Under the pieces are notes generated by a model that was not told the DNA's origin, ran no database searches, and saw only the letters and a program-made list of their open reading frames with translations. Shown here in pieces: positions 50,347-61,620 of a stretch of DNA of 64,000 nt (position 1 is the first letter of the stretch; every line of letters begins with the position of its first letter). Source of the stretch: Aplysia californica (Eukaryota). The translations under genes were made by a program, and so were the position numbers. The stretch spans positions 1,661,323 through 1,725,322 of the forward strand of contig NW_004797297.1 in assembly GCF_000002075.1 (NCBI RefSeq), given 5' to 3'.

Positions 50347-53300
50347 CTGCACAAAAGAAATAGCACGTATAAAAAAAAATTATTCACATCTAACATACAT
50401 TTTCATTGACGCCATTAGTAGTAGCCTACATGAAACAGCTTTTCCTAACCAATAAAAAATATATGTAAAAGTAAAAGAGCGGAAATCGCTTTTAATTTAG
50501 AGTCTGAGGACAGGAATAGTGAGACTGCTGATACGTTGATAAATTGTAATACATGTAACCAATTACTGTTGAAATTATCTAAGATGGCCACCTATTGTCA
50601 AAGAGAAAAACGTTTGTCTTAGACAGGCAGACATCTTTCAGTGTCATTATAAAATAGAAAAAATGCAAGAGGGGGGAAGTACCCGTTTGTAACGGTGATT
50701 GTCTTGGACAAGCTGCAACTGGAGAAGCTTTGACTGTACATGATGTAATTGAAAAATTACAGATTCTGAACGTGTAAGTTTCAGATCTCATTATACTTTT
50801 CCTTGACTAAAGACTACTTGTAATTACAGTAAAACTTCCTTACAACATCTTGCTGATACAATACACTTCAACATTACATGAGCAGCGGCAAGGTTGATTC
50901 CACACCATGGAGAAGAAAACTATGACCAGAAAACTTTAAAACACCACATCACAACTTTTCTCTTTTTATCTCAATAAATTCTCTTTGCTGACGGAGGAGC
51001 TGTATTACATAATTACAACCAGATGAAACATTAACTCGCCGGAGACTGGGGATTTTTCGCGTCTACAAGCACTGGAGACTGGCGTTTTTGGGGGTATTTC
51101 AACATTTCAAACAACACCCTTCCCAAAGACAAACAACCACCATTTTTACACCACATAACAGATCTAAACATGCCCAGTAGAACTACACATAAAACAGAAA
51201 GGCAATATCTTTTATATTTTTTAGAAATTATTTTTTGAAAAATGTGCTTATTAAATTTGCTGCTCTTCAAAATTTTTTGACGCACATGTAATGTCTAGTG
51301 TAAAAAAAAAAATTGTTTTAAACCCCAAAAATAAAAAACCTTGTGTATTTTTTGTTGTGTTTTATGTCAAAAACTGAATAAAAAGTTCAAACTCATGAAG
51401 AGGCAGGTAGGCTATATGGTAATCCTTATGTATTAGCTGTCTAATCCACTTCTGTGTGAAAAAAACAGGTCTCCAGACAAAGCGGAATTAACATTCTCCA
51501 TCAGAATCAGAGCTTTGATGCTCATTTACATTGAAACCTGGATCCCCATGGTCTAAAATATCATCAGAATTTTCTGAACTGTCAAAGTCGTCAAACACTT
51601 GATAAATGTATGCTTTTTGTGCCGCCAAAAGGTTGATTGGCGGGTGCTCTGGTGTGGTGGTTTGCTCCCTCTTTCCTATCAAACATCTTTTGTCCTCATC
51701 TCTCCTTCTTCTTTTTTGCGCTTGTTACTCTCTTGTAACACCAAATGTTCAGCAATTATGACCTTATTGTGTTGCAAGTGCTGCAAAACTCTTACTAAAA
51801 CTAAATATGCTGCCATTGTACTGACAAAGTGTTGCGAGAACAGACACTAGTTCAGAAATATGAATAAAATAGGGCCTCAATGTGACTAACTTTCCTTTCA
51901 GCTCAATAACTCAAAAAGTTTCCAGCCAATTCACGTGAAACTTCGCATGAAACGAAAGAAAGGTCGCCTGCACAGTAAGAATGGTTCACACAGCGTTTGC
52001 AAGCATACTTTACCAAGGAAAAAACGCGAAACTTGTGCCCGCTGGGGGAGCGTGAACCACCTCTTCGGAATATATTGCTGCTCGCAAATGCTGCGTGAAA
52101 TGTCTCCAGTGAGCTAATTCAGCTGTCAATTCAAAAATAGGAAGATTTCAGGCAACAGAGGCAAGCAACAAAATAAAAAGAGAATTTCTTGACCATGAGT
52201 TTCAGAAAATATTCTTACCTTGAGGTGATATTTTCCCCAGGTTTGTAAAACGGGTTACACAACATGTCCACATAGGCATTGTGAAGCTTTTTAAACATCT
52301 GTGAAAAGAAAATGGCTTCATCGTAAAAATGAGATTACATAAGATTCACAATGGAAATACTGAAAAGTTTTTGAAAACAAGTATTACATATCACACAGTA
52401 GCAACACAAGTTGCATGAATAATGACACATTGTTTATTACCTCAAGTAATTATGGATAGTTAGTTTATCACCTCGGGTAACAATGGATTGTCAGTAGAAG
52501 TAATAGAAATTCTACTTCTACTGACAGATCCATAGTCACCAGAAGAGATAAAACAATTTCATCATTCCAAAATGTATCAACTCATTATAGTACCTATCTA
52601 CCTGATTCTTTCTTGGAGTCTTTGAGGGGTTTTTTAAAAGTCAAGCTGTATGTATGCCTACCTGGTATACCATGACCCTATTTTGTGAGTTATAGTTATA
52701 ATGAGAAAGATATAAAACAAAGTATAAACAGTCTATATAATCTACAATCCAAAGTCAGATTTTTCGGGTCATTTTGAATATAAAATCAATATGACCCGTG
52801 TTCTTGAATGGAGATAACATGTACATGCCTTCATAAGTAAGAAAAATCATTAATATGATTTTGCATACAAGGGGAGACAAACAAACTCATATTACCTGAA
52901 TGAGAGAGTACAGTAATGATTTTAAAATACACCAAAGACACCAACAAGTAGACAAGACCTGACCTGCATTATCTATGCCTCTGTTTAACCCTCACTAATC
53001 CCTCAGTTGAAAAGAAAAAATTGTCCAATTAGCAGAATCGTGTCAGATTCTTAGTTTCATTATTTTGACAGCACCTGATTTTCCTGCAAAGACACATATA
53101 TTTAAACAAGTGGCAATCAGGTAAAAAGCTCACCGTTCGAATTTCATTGTCTCTCAGAGATGCATTCGTTGAGTCGACTACAATGACAAATTTAACTTTC
53201 GTATTGGTCACATATCCATATCTATGTAAAATTTTAAGGAAAATGTATGCAGAAAACATAATCTTTTTAAATCAAACGAAAGAACAATGAATATATGTCA

Positions 53301-56300
53301 AATACTGATTATCTACACTACATCACTCCACCAAGGTGAAGGTGAATTTTCACATGCAAAAAAAAAGAAGAAAAGTAGACAACAAGAGCAGAATTAACAC
53401 CAGTTTAACCCAAACCCATCCACAAATTTTAACACCAATGATTTTTTTTTTATTGGTTAAGTATTCCTCAAAATCTTTTATCGTTAAAAAAATGCACATT
53501 TCTTGTAATTCGTCCCTTTGCCTCACTGTTATTGNNNNNNNNNNNNNNNNNNNNNNNNNNNNNNNNNNNNNNNNNNNNNNNNNNNNNNNNNNNNNNNNNN
53601 NNNNNNNNNNNNNNNNNNNNNNNNNNNNNNNNNNNNNNNNNNNNNNNNNNNNNNNNNNNNNNGGCCACCTCTATAAGACGGCCACCTGTACAAACGGCCA
53701 TTTTCCATTTCCCCCCTTGCGTTTTTTCTATATAATTTAACTGTGTAAAACGGGCACCTGTTTAACGCGGCCGCGGCCACCTTATTTTAACACAACCCCT
53801 ATCATACTAAGCAAAAATACCTGTCTTAGGCGGTCGCCTTAGAGACTCCATTACGTTTTGTCATAAATTGTGCATTGGCCCCTGGCGTTGTCGGCGAGCC
53901 GTCATAATTCAATCACCTGTCGTTGTTGTTAGGTAGTCCCTCCAACCATCATGTTGCGTAGGCCCCTCCCACTGTTGACCAATAGCTACCAAATTACAGC
54001 TGCTGGTGAGGTAAGTGTGTGATCCCTCATAACCCATAAGCCCCGCCCAGAACTCATACACAAATCGTAAGTGAGATGAGTGGTCACTGTTTACCCGGCC
54101 CAGTCTGTAATAAAGTAACAAAGGACGTCAACATGAACTTGTTACAGAAACGTCCCTCGTTCTCCGAGTGGTGGCGACCCATGCGTCTGTTTTAACATGG
54201 CACTCGGTCTTCCTTGTCTGATACATTTCATTTTATTGTCACCCTTGTGCAAAAATCAGCGACAAAATAAAAATTACAAACGAAATACAAACCAACAACA
54301 ACCCCAAGAAGGACAACAACAATGGGGTTACTTTCGATTGGGGCCTCAGATGGGAATGGTTTGTTTTCTTTATCTTGATCAGTCCTGCCTAAGACGGCCA
54401 CCTGTCTTATACGGCCACTTTTCTCCTTGACAATGGGTGGCCGTCTTACACAGGTTTGATATATATATATCTATATATATATATCTATATATATCTATAT
54501 ATATATATATATATATACAGAGCTGTTAAAGTACTTTTTAAAAAGTACTTAAGTACAAATTTAAGTACAATCTAAAAAATATACAGAGCTGTTAAAGTAC
54601 TTTTTAAAAAGTACTTAAGTACAAATTTAAGTACAATCTAAAAAATGTACTTGAGTACAGTAAAAGTACTTTCCTATAAAATGTACTTGAGTACAAGTAC
54701 TTTTTAAAAAAGTACTTATGAGTACATTTTGAGTACTTTCTGCTAATATGCTAAAACACTTCAGCGCTTATGCAAAACATCATATTTTATAACTTATCCA
54801 GTATATTTGACAAATTAGGCTATTTATTACTAAAAATGTAAACAGTATACAAAGGATTTGAATATACAATGTACGCACTAAACGGTGGAAATGGTCCGTG
54901 AAGTTGAACAAAAAACAACCCAAACGAACAGACGCAACTAGTGGGTAAGTGATATTATGAATAGAACTTGTTTGAGCAAGACAATGTGATCAAATGTAAG
55001 TCAGTCCTAGAGGTCGGAAAGTTCTACAGAAAGAGTATCCAAATTGAAAAATGTAGATACAAAGTTGCTCTTAAGAAAACATAAAATTGATGAAAATGGC
55101 CCGCTTAGAAATGGACAAGTGCATTGAATTCTTCATTAACAAATCCTCAAGGAATCAATGTAGCCTTAAGCAAAAACCACCCAAAAAAAGTTTAAAAGAA
55201 ATTTAGGCAGCCTAAAAATTGTTAGATACACATTGAGAACACAGTTTCAGTTTCAATTGATTATAGTGGTCTGACAGATTTTGGTCACATTGTGTAGTCC
55301 ACGGCGCCAACGGCAAACCAAAATACAATGTACATGTAGTTTCCTAGAGTCTAATTAGTGTAGTGTAACCAAAGATTCTCTACTGCAGTAGTCTCCGCCT
55401 AAGATCCCAGTGCTCGGAAGCAAGGAAAATAATGGGATCTTAGTCAACGAAGCCAAGGAAGAATCTACAGTGACCCATGAACTGACGTGACCCCTGGGTG
55501 GATTTATGACATATGGCAAGCAAAGAGTGGTCAACCTTGATTACCAATCACAGTGGCATGAGGCATGCCATAAATAATATTATATATACACACTCATTAG
55601 CCTATCGTGAGTCTTGAGATCTTTATCTACGTTTATCCAGTTGCCCCTCCCCTTTACCTGTCCAACAATTTTAGCTTTCCATCTCTGATTGAGTTCCCCC
55701 CCCCCCCCCCCCAACCTCCTTTGTCATTACGCACCATTACGATGTGACCACACTAATTAAAATTCAGGTTGTCTCGCAAATTCGGGAAAAACTGCTTTCA
55801 ATGGTCAGGGAAGAGTTCACAGTTTGATGTGATCCCGACTGGAGCGAACTTGTAGGCCCTACCCACCCAGGGACTGATGTAAGTTTAGGTGGTGAGGTCA
55901 GATGCGAGTGCGATGTTTGGGGAAAAGAAACGCATCGGTCAGTTCACACCTTGGTGTGATCTCGTCTGGAGCAAACACTGTACTGTTTCAAGGAGTTTTA
56001 CAACGCTTGTGATCACATTCACGATAATGGCTGATCTTTGAGGCGACGGGCCGTTCTTTGATCTCAACTTTTAACTCTTGGCGGTTGATCGGGTTTTTGC
56101 TCCGTAAATTATGATCAGAAATGCCTGCACTTACCCTTTCATTAAGCTACCAAAGTACTCAAAATGTACTTAAATAGTACTCAAAAGTACTTTTATAAAA
56201 AGTATCGGAGTACAGTAAAAGTACTACCGAAAATTGTAACGTAAGTACAAGTACCGGAGTACTTGTACTCCGTTACTACCGTTACTACTATATATATACA

Positions 56301-59300
56301 CCAAAAGAACTTTGAAGATGAGCACAAAACCCATTTCTACATTCGTGAACTTTCTGAAAAGGATACACTTTATAGTCCTCTGTGGGGTAGAGAAGTCCAA
56401 GATACAATTCTCTCAGATCATTTGCATTTTTGCCCACAGAACTGATCTTTTCCTCCACCACGTCCAGGGATGTGTGCACAGTGTAAAAAAACTTGAGTTC
56501 ATTGTCTGTCGGAATTGTCTTGATAAACAGAGGATAATTCTGAAATAGAGACAATATATGTGTCACAATGGGGTGGAATCAGGCGCTCGTCAATTTTTTG
56601 GCATATGGAGCTATTGGTATCATCTAAAGCCTGTCCATTAGCCTTGCTTTCGCTGAAAACAATACCCATTTATCTTGAATGCAAGTCGAGATATTTGCGA
56701 TTGAAGGAGGTGGGGTTGCCTGGTTTCAGAGGTAAAATTAGAGAGAAAGTGGCCGCCAAAGTTTAGTTATTTACTTGACTTTAGAGTCTGCAGAAACTGA
56801 AAATTTACATCTTTTATGCATTTAATCAACATTTCTCAGTAAAATCCACACTGAAATGTGTTTTTAAAGGGCATGAAAGGTATTGAGCCAAAAAACAAAA
56901 ATGTTATAAAAATTCCCAAACCTGCTGAAAAAAGCCAGTTTATTCACTTTCATTATTTTGACGAGCGCCTGATTTCACCACGCCGCCTCACATATTCTAA
57001 CAATCTGAATTATGTAATAACCATATGAGAATGTTTTAAAAAGTAGACCCTAAATATGCAATATGCACACACACATCTTTTATGAACATTGAGCAAAAAA
57101 GAAAAATGCAAAAACCTTGAATTGAATTGAAGTAAGAGCTGTATTTTCGCAACATGCCCACATTAAGCACATTAACACTTTCCCTACCACGAGCCACATT
57201 TTGCGCTCGCGGACCTGGCCTCACTGGACCGAGAGCCGTAATATACGGCTCGAGGGGCTCGCTATCTATTCCAATGAAAAGACACGAAATTCTCGGCCGA
57301 TCCACGTTTTCAAAATAATAGAATAGACTTCCTGTTAGCAGATACGAAAGAAAATATAGCACTGAGAGATGATTTTCAGTCATTTCAGTGCTTTTTTTGC
57401 CCTCTTCGACACGTAAATATAAGAAAAAAGTACTCCCCTGACTTCAGTATGTTTCATCATACTTTCACTTCTATATTAGGTACACATACAGAACTTTCAG
57501 CATTTCCCAGTATCAGAGAAGTGAGAGGCATGGTAGGTCTTGATAATCTAAACTAGGCTTACGCTGGCCTATCACTCGATGCGTTTTGCTTGTCTACGCA
57601 TGCCACATCCTCCCTATTCAGTCGCTCCGGCCTTCATTGTTGACACACCTGGGCTCTCCCATTCTTTGTTTCGCTAGATCACCAACAAGTTTCTCAACAT
57701 GCGAGGTTTTTACATTATGTATAATTGGCCTCTATGCACTCTGCACAGCAGCAGCAATATTCTGTTATAACCGACTCGTAAGTTTATCTGATTGCGCTAT
57801 AGCAGTATTTTATTTACAAAGGTAAAGAAGAGAAAAAAAACAGGGTTTTAGAATAGTGGCTTTATAACAGACTTCTCGTTATTTCAGGACTCATTATAAG
57901 TGGTCTTCATAGTATAATATTCCTCGCATAAGCATGTGTAAAAAATAAGTACAAGTAGGCCTACTCTTCCACAACCCCACAACCCCCCAAAATGTACGTG
58001 AACTAGAGCATCTATTATTAATCGGCAAATGTTACCCCCCCCCCTTTTGGGAGGACTTCCGTAACGAGCCATCACTATGAGACAGAGTAGAATAGAGGGT
58101 TAGGGGTTTAGGGGTTGGGGTAGATCTAGAGGTAGGGTTTGGGTTAGGGTTAGATCTAAGTCTCTTCTTTATTGGGTTTGTTGGGGTGGTCACTCGTTAC
58201 GAAAGTCCTTACCCGCTTTTATTGATATCTGGTAAATGTGTTCCCTCATTCAGAAAGCCCAGGGGAATCATCACAAGACAGTCGTTGCAATGGAACCAAC
58301 AGGAAGCACGAGGCAGGGGTAGGCCACGGGAAACATGGAGGAGATGTGTGGAAAAGGACATGAGAGAGATGAAACGAGCTTGGAACGAGCTTGGAAGGAT
58401 GGCTCAGGACAAATAAATGGAAGGAGCTTGTGTGGCCTATACCCTGCCAGGGGTGGAAGGCATTGATGATGATGATAATGAAATGTGCCCCCCCCCCCCC
58501 TTTTATTTGGAACCTCAGAGTACACTATTAACACTTTGGTTTCGTTCACCCACATTAGAACAATAACAGGCCTAACGCGAGTATGTTTACCACCCCAAGC
58601 TATAATTGAACAGCTCTCTTCACTTACGCTGCCTGAACCACTGGTTGTCACGACAACACTGCCAGTTGTTCTGTCATTTACAATGCTAGGTCTTTGCCTC
58701 TACTAAAACTACGCATAATTATAAAACCCTTAAAGCTTGCTCAGAGGACATTGTCATGGTAAGTGCCAGCCCTCTGCCAAACTCCTCTCATTTCAAGTGA
58801 GGGCCATACGCATAGCCACTTCATATCATTGGCCTTCTCCAGTTTTGGTCCCACAAGTACTGGGGATGTCAATAATACTGACTTTTAATTCCAATATCAA
58901 TGTTTTATTTTATCCGAAAGAGAGCGAGAGATGCGCTGCTATTTTTCAGTACAAAATGAGGAGTAATGCTCCACTTGTTTTTAACAAGAGGGGTTTCAGA
59001 GGGGATTGATCCCCTGACCATATAAAAAATAGAAATCTAGGCCTAATTGTTCTTATTGAGAGGTCTGGAGGAGAAGAGAGAGTGGGAAGTGGGAATGAGA
59101 GGAGAGGGAGGAATGGCAATGGTCCATGGAGAAAGCCAGGTCAGGAGGAGAGAGATGGGGGCGGAAGGAGAGATAGATATCTAATCTAGATTCTAGATCT
59201 AGAGTGAGAGACAGACTGACAGACAAAGAGAGAACGTGATGACTGCAAATGACTGGAGGCGAACATGGACTGAGCTAGATCTATACTTTAATGCTGACAA

Positions 59301-59361
59301 CTAAATAATAAATATTATTGTGACAAACCTCTTTTGCTATGACAGCAACACAGGCAGCCAT
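50304..59361 (-). CDS. TRAPPC2L: Trafficking protein particle complex subunit 2-like (sedlin family), 5 coding exons, 138 aa
   Basis: Exons 59361-59329, 56539-56367, 53221-53134, 52298-52219, 50346-50304 join in frame (417 nt): [138 protein letters not shown], recognisable TRAPPC2L. Confidence 0.97.
51035..52113 (-). mobile_element. piggyBac-like deletion derivative (TRAPPC2L intron 4)
   Basis: TTAA-CTCGCCGGAGAC ... GTCTCCAGTGAG-CTAA; acidic ORF remnant [25 protein letters not shown] resembling piggyBac transposase N-termini; contains a SINE-tail insertion at ~51650-51805. Confidence 0.55.
52219..52298 (-). CDS. TRAPPC2L: TRAPPC2L exon 4
   Basis: [26 protein letters not shown]; donor AG|GTAAG. 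Confidence 0.95.
53134..53221 (-). CDS. TRAPPC2L: TRAPPC2L exon 3
   Basis: [29 protein letters not shown]; donor GTGAGC. Confidence 0.96.
53663..54459. mobile_element. Tigger/pogo-like MITE (left end lost in N gap)
   Basis: Repeated GACGGCCACCTGT subterminal motifs; right end GGTGGCCGTCTTACACAGGTTTGA. Confidence 0.6.
54518..56289. mobile_element. DNA-transposon-like element with AGTACT-rich subterminal repeats, inserted in (TA)n; nests a dispersed repeat
   Basis: Dense AAGTAC/GTACTT motifs at 54528-54740 and 56153-56270; 65-bp duplication at left end; 55380-55858 is an inverted homolog of 22205-22655. Confidence 0.6.
56367..56539 (-). CDS. TRAPPC2L: TRAPPC2L exon 2
   Basis: NYPLFIK...LYPTEDYKV; ends at U12-type donor GTATCCTTT. 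Confidence 0.96.
56556..56995. mobile_element. MITE abutting TRAPPC2L exon 2 acceptor
   Basis: Inverted repeats GTGGAATCAGGCGCTCGTCAA / TTGACGAGCGCCTGATTTCAC, outer ATATGTG / CACATAT. Confidence 0.65.
58252..58481 (+). mobile_element. RTE-clade LINE 3' fragment
   Basis: [31 protein letters not shown]...W.EL..MAQDK is the typical RTE ORF C-terminus; ends in (TGA)n tail. Confidence 0.8.
59329..59361 (-). CDS. TRAPPC2L: TRAPPC2L exon 1
   Basis: AAGATGG start, [11 protein letters not shown], donor GAG|GTTTG. Confidence 0.92.
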
Positions 59362-61007
59362 CTTGTTTCCTTGTGGAAAGTTCCCGTCGTAGTTTTCTTA
59401 TTTCGCTTTCTTAAATTCTTAACGTCATTATAATTTTGTTTTCACTTGTTTCAGAGCATAAATTTTAAGGTAAGATAAAGGCCTTGACCATTTTGCCATT
59501 ACTGAAATATTAGACAGTGAAAGAGGCTGAAGCAGGCAGGACAACTTGTTTTGAGAACGTGAACAGGTGGGTGAAGGAAAGACGAGGAATTCAATAATAG
59601 GCCTTCAGTATAAATGTGTAGGTTCTTCGAAAGTGAAAGCATCAAAGCAATACACAGAGTGAATGGATGATGGACCAGGACTGATAATTTTCAATTAGAG
59701 GTTTTGCACTTGATTATAATTATAATAAGGATGATGAAGTGAAAACACTCTTTTTTTTCCAATATCAAGGTTCTTTACAATATTTGGCTATACTATATAT
59801 ATCCCATAGACGGTTGGGCTAATGCCCTTCACATACACACGTCCCTACTTTTTCTAAATAATCTAAACATCGTAGGCCTATATGAAGGAAAGTTCAGAGC
59901 ACAGGGTTAGGAAGAAAAGATTTGTTCGGAGTCTTCTTCTTTTTCTTTATGTTCCCCTGCTAGAGATCTCAAGAGTAATCGACTGCTGGTTCTTCAACTT
60001 GCAGCACAACTGATTTTTATATATATGTGACCATTTTTTCATTTTTATCCTACTTTATCCTACTTAGTAGGGCCCCTTGCCTTCAGGCAGCCACATTCCA
60101 ATTTCAAATATTAAAGAACTCTGTTCTTTAACCGACTAGAGTATTTTCAGGTTTGGCAGGAACTTTTAATTTTGCTCAGAAGGCGGCCGAAGCCTACTCC
60201 AATTGATTTTAGGACCACCATGGAATCTTAATGTTAGCAAACTGCACACAGGACCTCCGAGATCTTTCTCCCTAATCCGAAAGGGAAGGTGATAGATCTT
60301 ACCGACCCTAAAAACAGGGGTGTGGCTGAAAGATAGCGGTAAGAAGGAGCTATGAGAAGCAGTAGAAAGAGAAAGGACGTACCCCACATGAGGGTGGAGA
60401 TGAAAGTAGGATTACAGAACTTGACTAGAGAACATGAAAGGAGGTGAAAGGAGAAAATTTTAGAGAAAAAAATGTTTCTGTCACTGTCACGGTTTCAACC
60501 CAAGACCTATTGAATGAGGGGCGAACATCATACCTCTAGACTATGAGATTGAGAGCCCCTGTCTCTGACTGAATTTCTACACAAAAGAAAAGCTGAATGC
60601 AACATGGTGGTATTGTAGAAAAGAGACAAAGTCATAAAGTTCCAATTTGCTTTAAATTTACTTTTAATCCTATATATACCATACATGTATTGGTGAATGT
60701 GACGCACAATTACTACACACAGTATGCACAGTTCACGGAGAAAGATACTGTTGCGTAGAACATCCACCTTAGAAGGAATTTTAATTTAGAGATCTCGCAT
60801 TAGTAACAGTCAAAACCTTTTCTATTCAGTAGTCTCAAGGGAAGAACATTACTTAAGTCAGATCTTCTGTACAACCTCAGAATAAATATTTCACTTCAAG
60901 ATATATACAAAATAGGTCCAATATCAATGAATATATGTATGGAATGAAGCTTTTAATTTGGATTGTTGTTTTAGGATGAGTCCTCTATCATGCCATTGAT
61001 CTTGAAG

Positions 61008-61620
61008 TTTAGTTTAGTTTTAGTTTAGTATTGGGTTTTACAGCGCTTGCAACTGCATAAGGTCATATGACTATGAGCGCGCGAAACACAAGTTGGTAGC
61101 ATTCGCAACAGTTCACTGCACGGTTGGTCAACAATTAGACTTTAAAATGCTAAAATATTAAAATTCGGAGTAAATATATATTTACAATTTAAAACAACTC
61201 TAATAAATAACAATAAAAATTTTTAACAATATTGTTTCATTTTATAATTTGCCATTAAGGCCAATGGCCTTCATAAAATTCAAAATTCTGTTGGGACCAA
61301 CGACGGAAAAAATGTCTTGCATTTTTTTGCATTTTTAATATTTCCCAAGGATCTCTCCAAAGTCTAGACATTCGGTGAAAATGTGTCTAATGGTAAAATC
61401 TGAGTTGCATCCAACACAGAACGGCTTCTCATCTCCCTGTAGGAGGTATTTGTGGGTCAGGGCCGTGTGTCCGATGCGCAATCGAGTTAAAAATGACTTC
61501 GTCTCTTCTGGAGACGTCCGAAGGATTTCGCTGTTCCAGTTTGGGTTTTTAATATTATACAGTTTGTTATTTTTCTGTTTCTCCCAGTGGCTCTCCCACA
61601 GACTGGAGGTGACCTTGGAG
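61008..61620 (-). mobile_element. I/Nimb-clade LINE 3' fragment; more degraded + strand copy at ~47570-47965
   Basis: Minus-strand translation RLRIGHTALTHKYLLQGDEKPFCVGCNSDFTIRHIFTEC (CCHC knuckle) ... ILNFMKAIGL, then 3' UTR tail ATGACCTTATGCAGTTGCAAGCGCTGTAAAAC and (CTAAA)n. Confidence 0.85.

Larger units (their letters stand above)
53222..56366 (-). other. U12-type (minor spliceosome) GT-AG intron, TRAPPC2L intron 2
   Basis: 5' splice site GTATCCTTTT (U12 consensus RTATCCTTT); branch point TTTTCCTTAAA at ~53243-53233, about 11 nt before the AG; no long polypyrimidine tract. Confidence 0.9.

Noticed and set aside
59455-59469. Plus-strand 15-nt micro-exon-like signal (ttgtttcag...AAG|GTAAGA) just upstream of TRAPPC2L, hinting at a divergent transcript
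   Set aside because: No downstream coding exon could be identified in 59.5-64 kb; splice-like motifs alone are insufficient.
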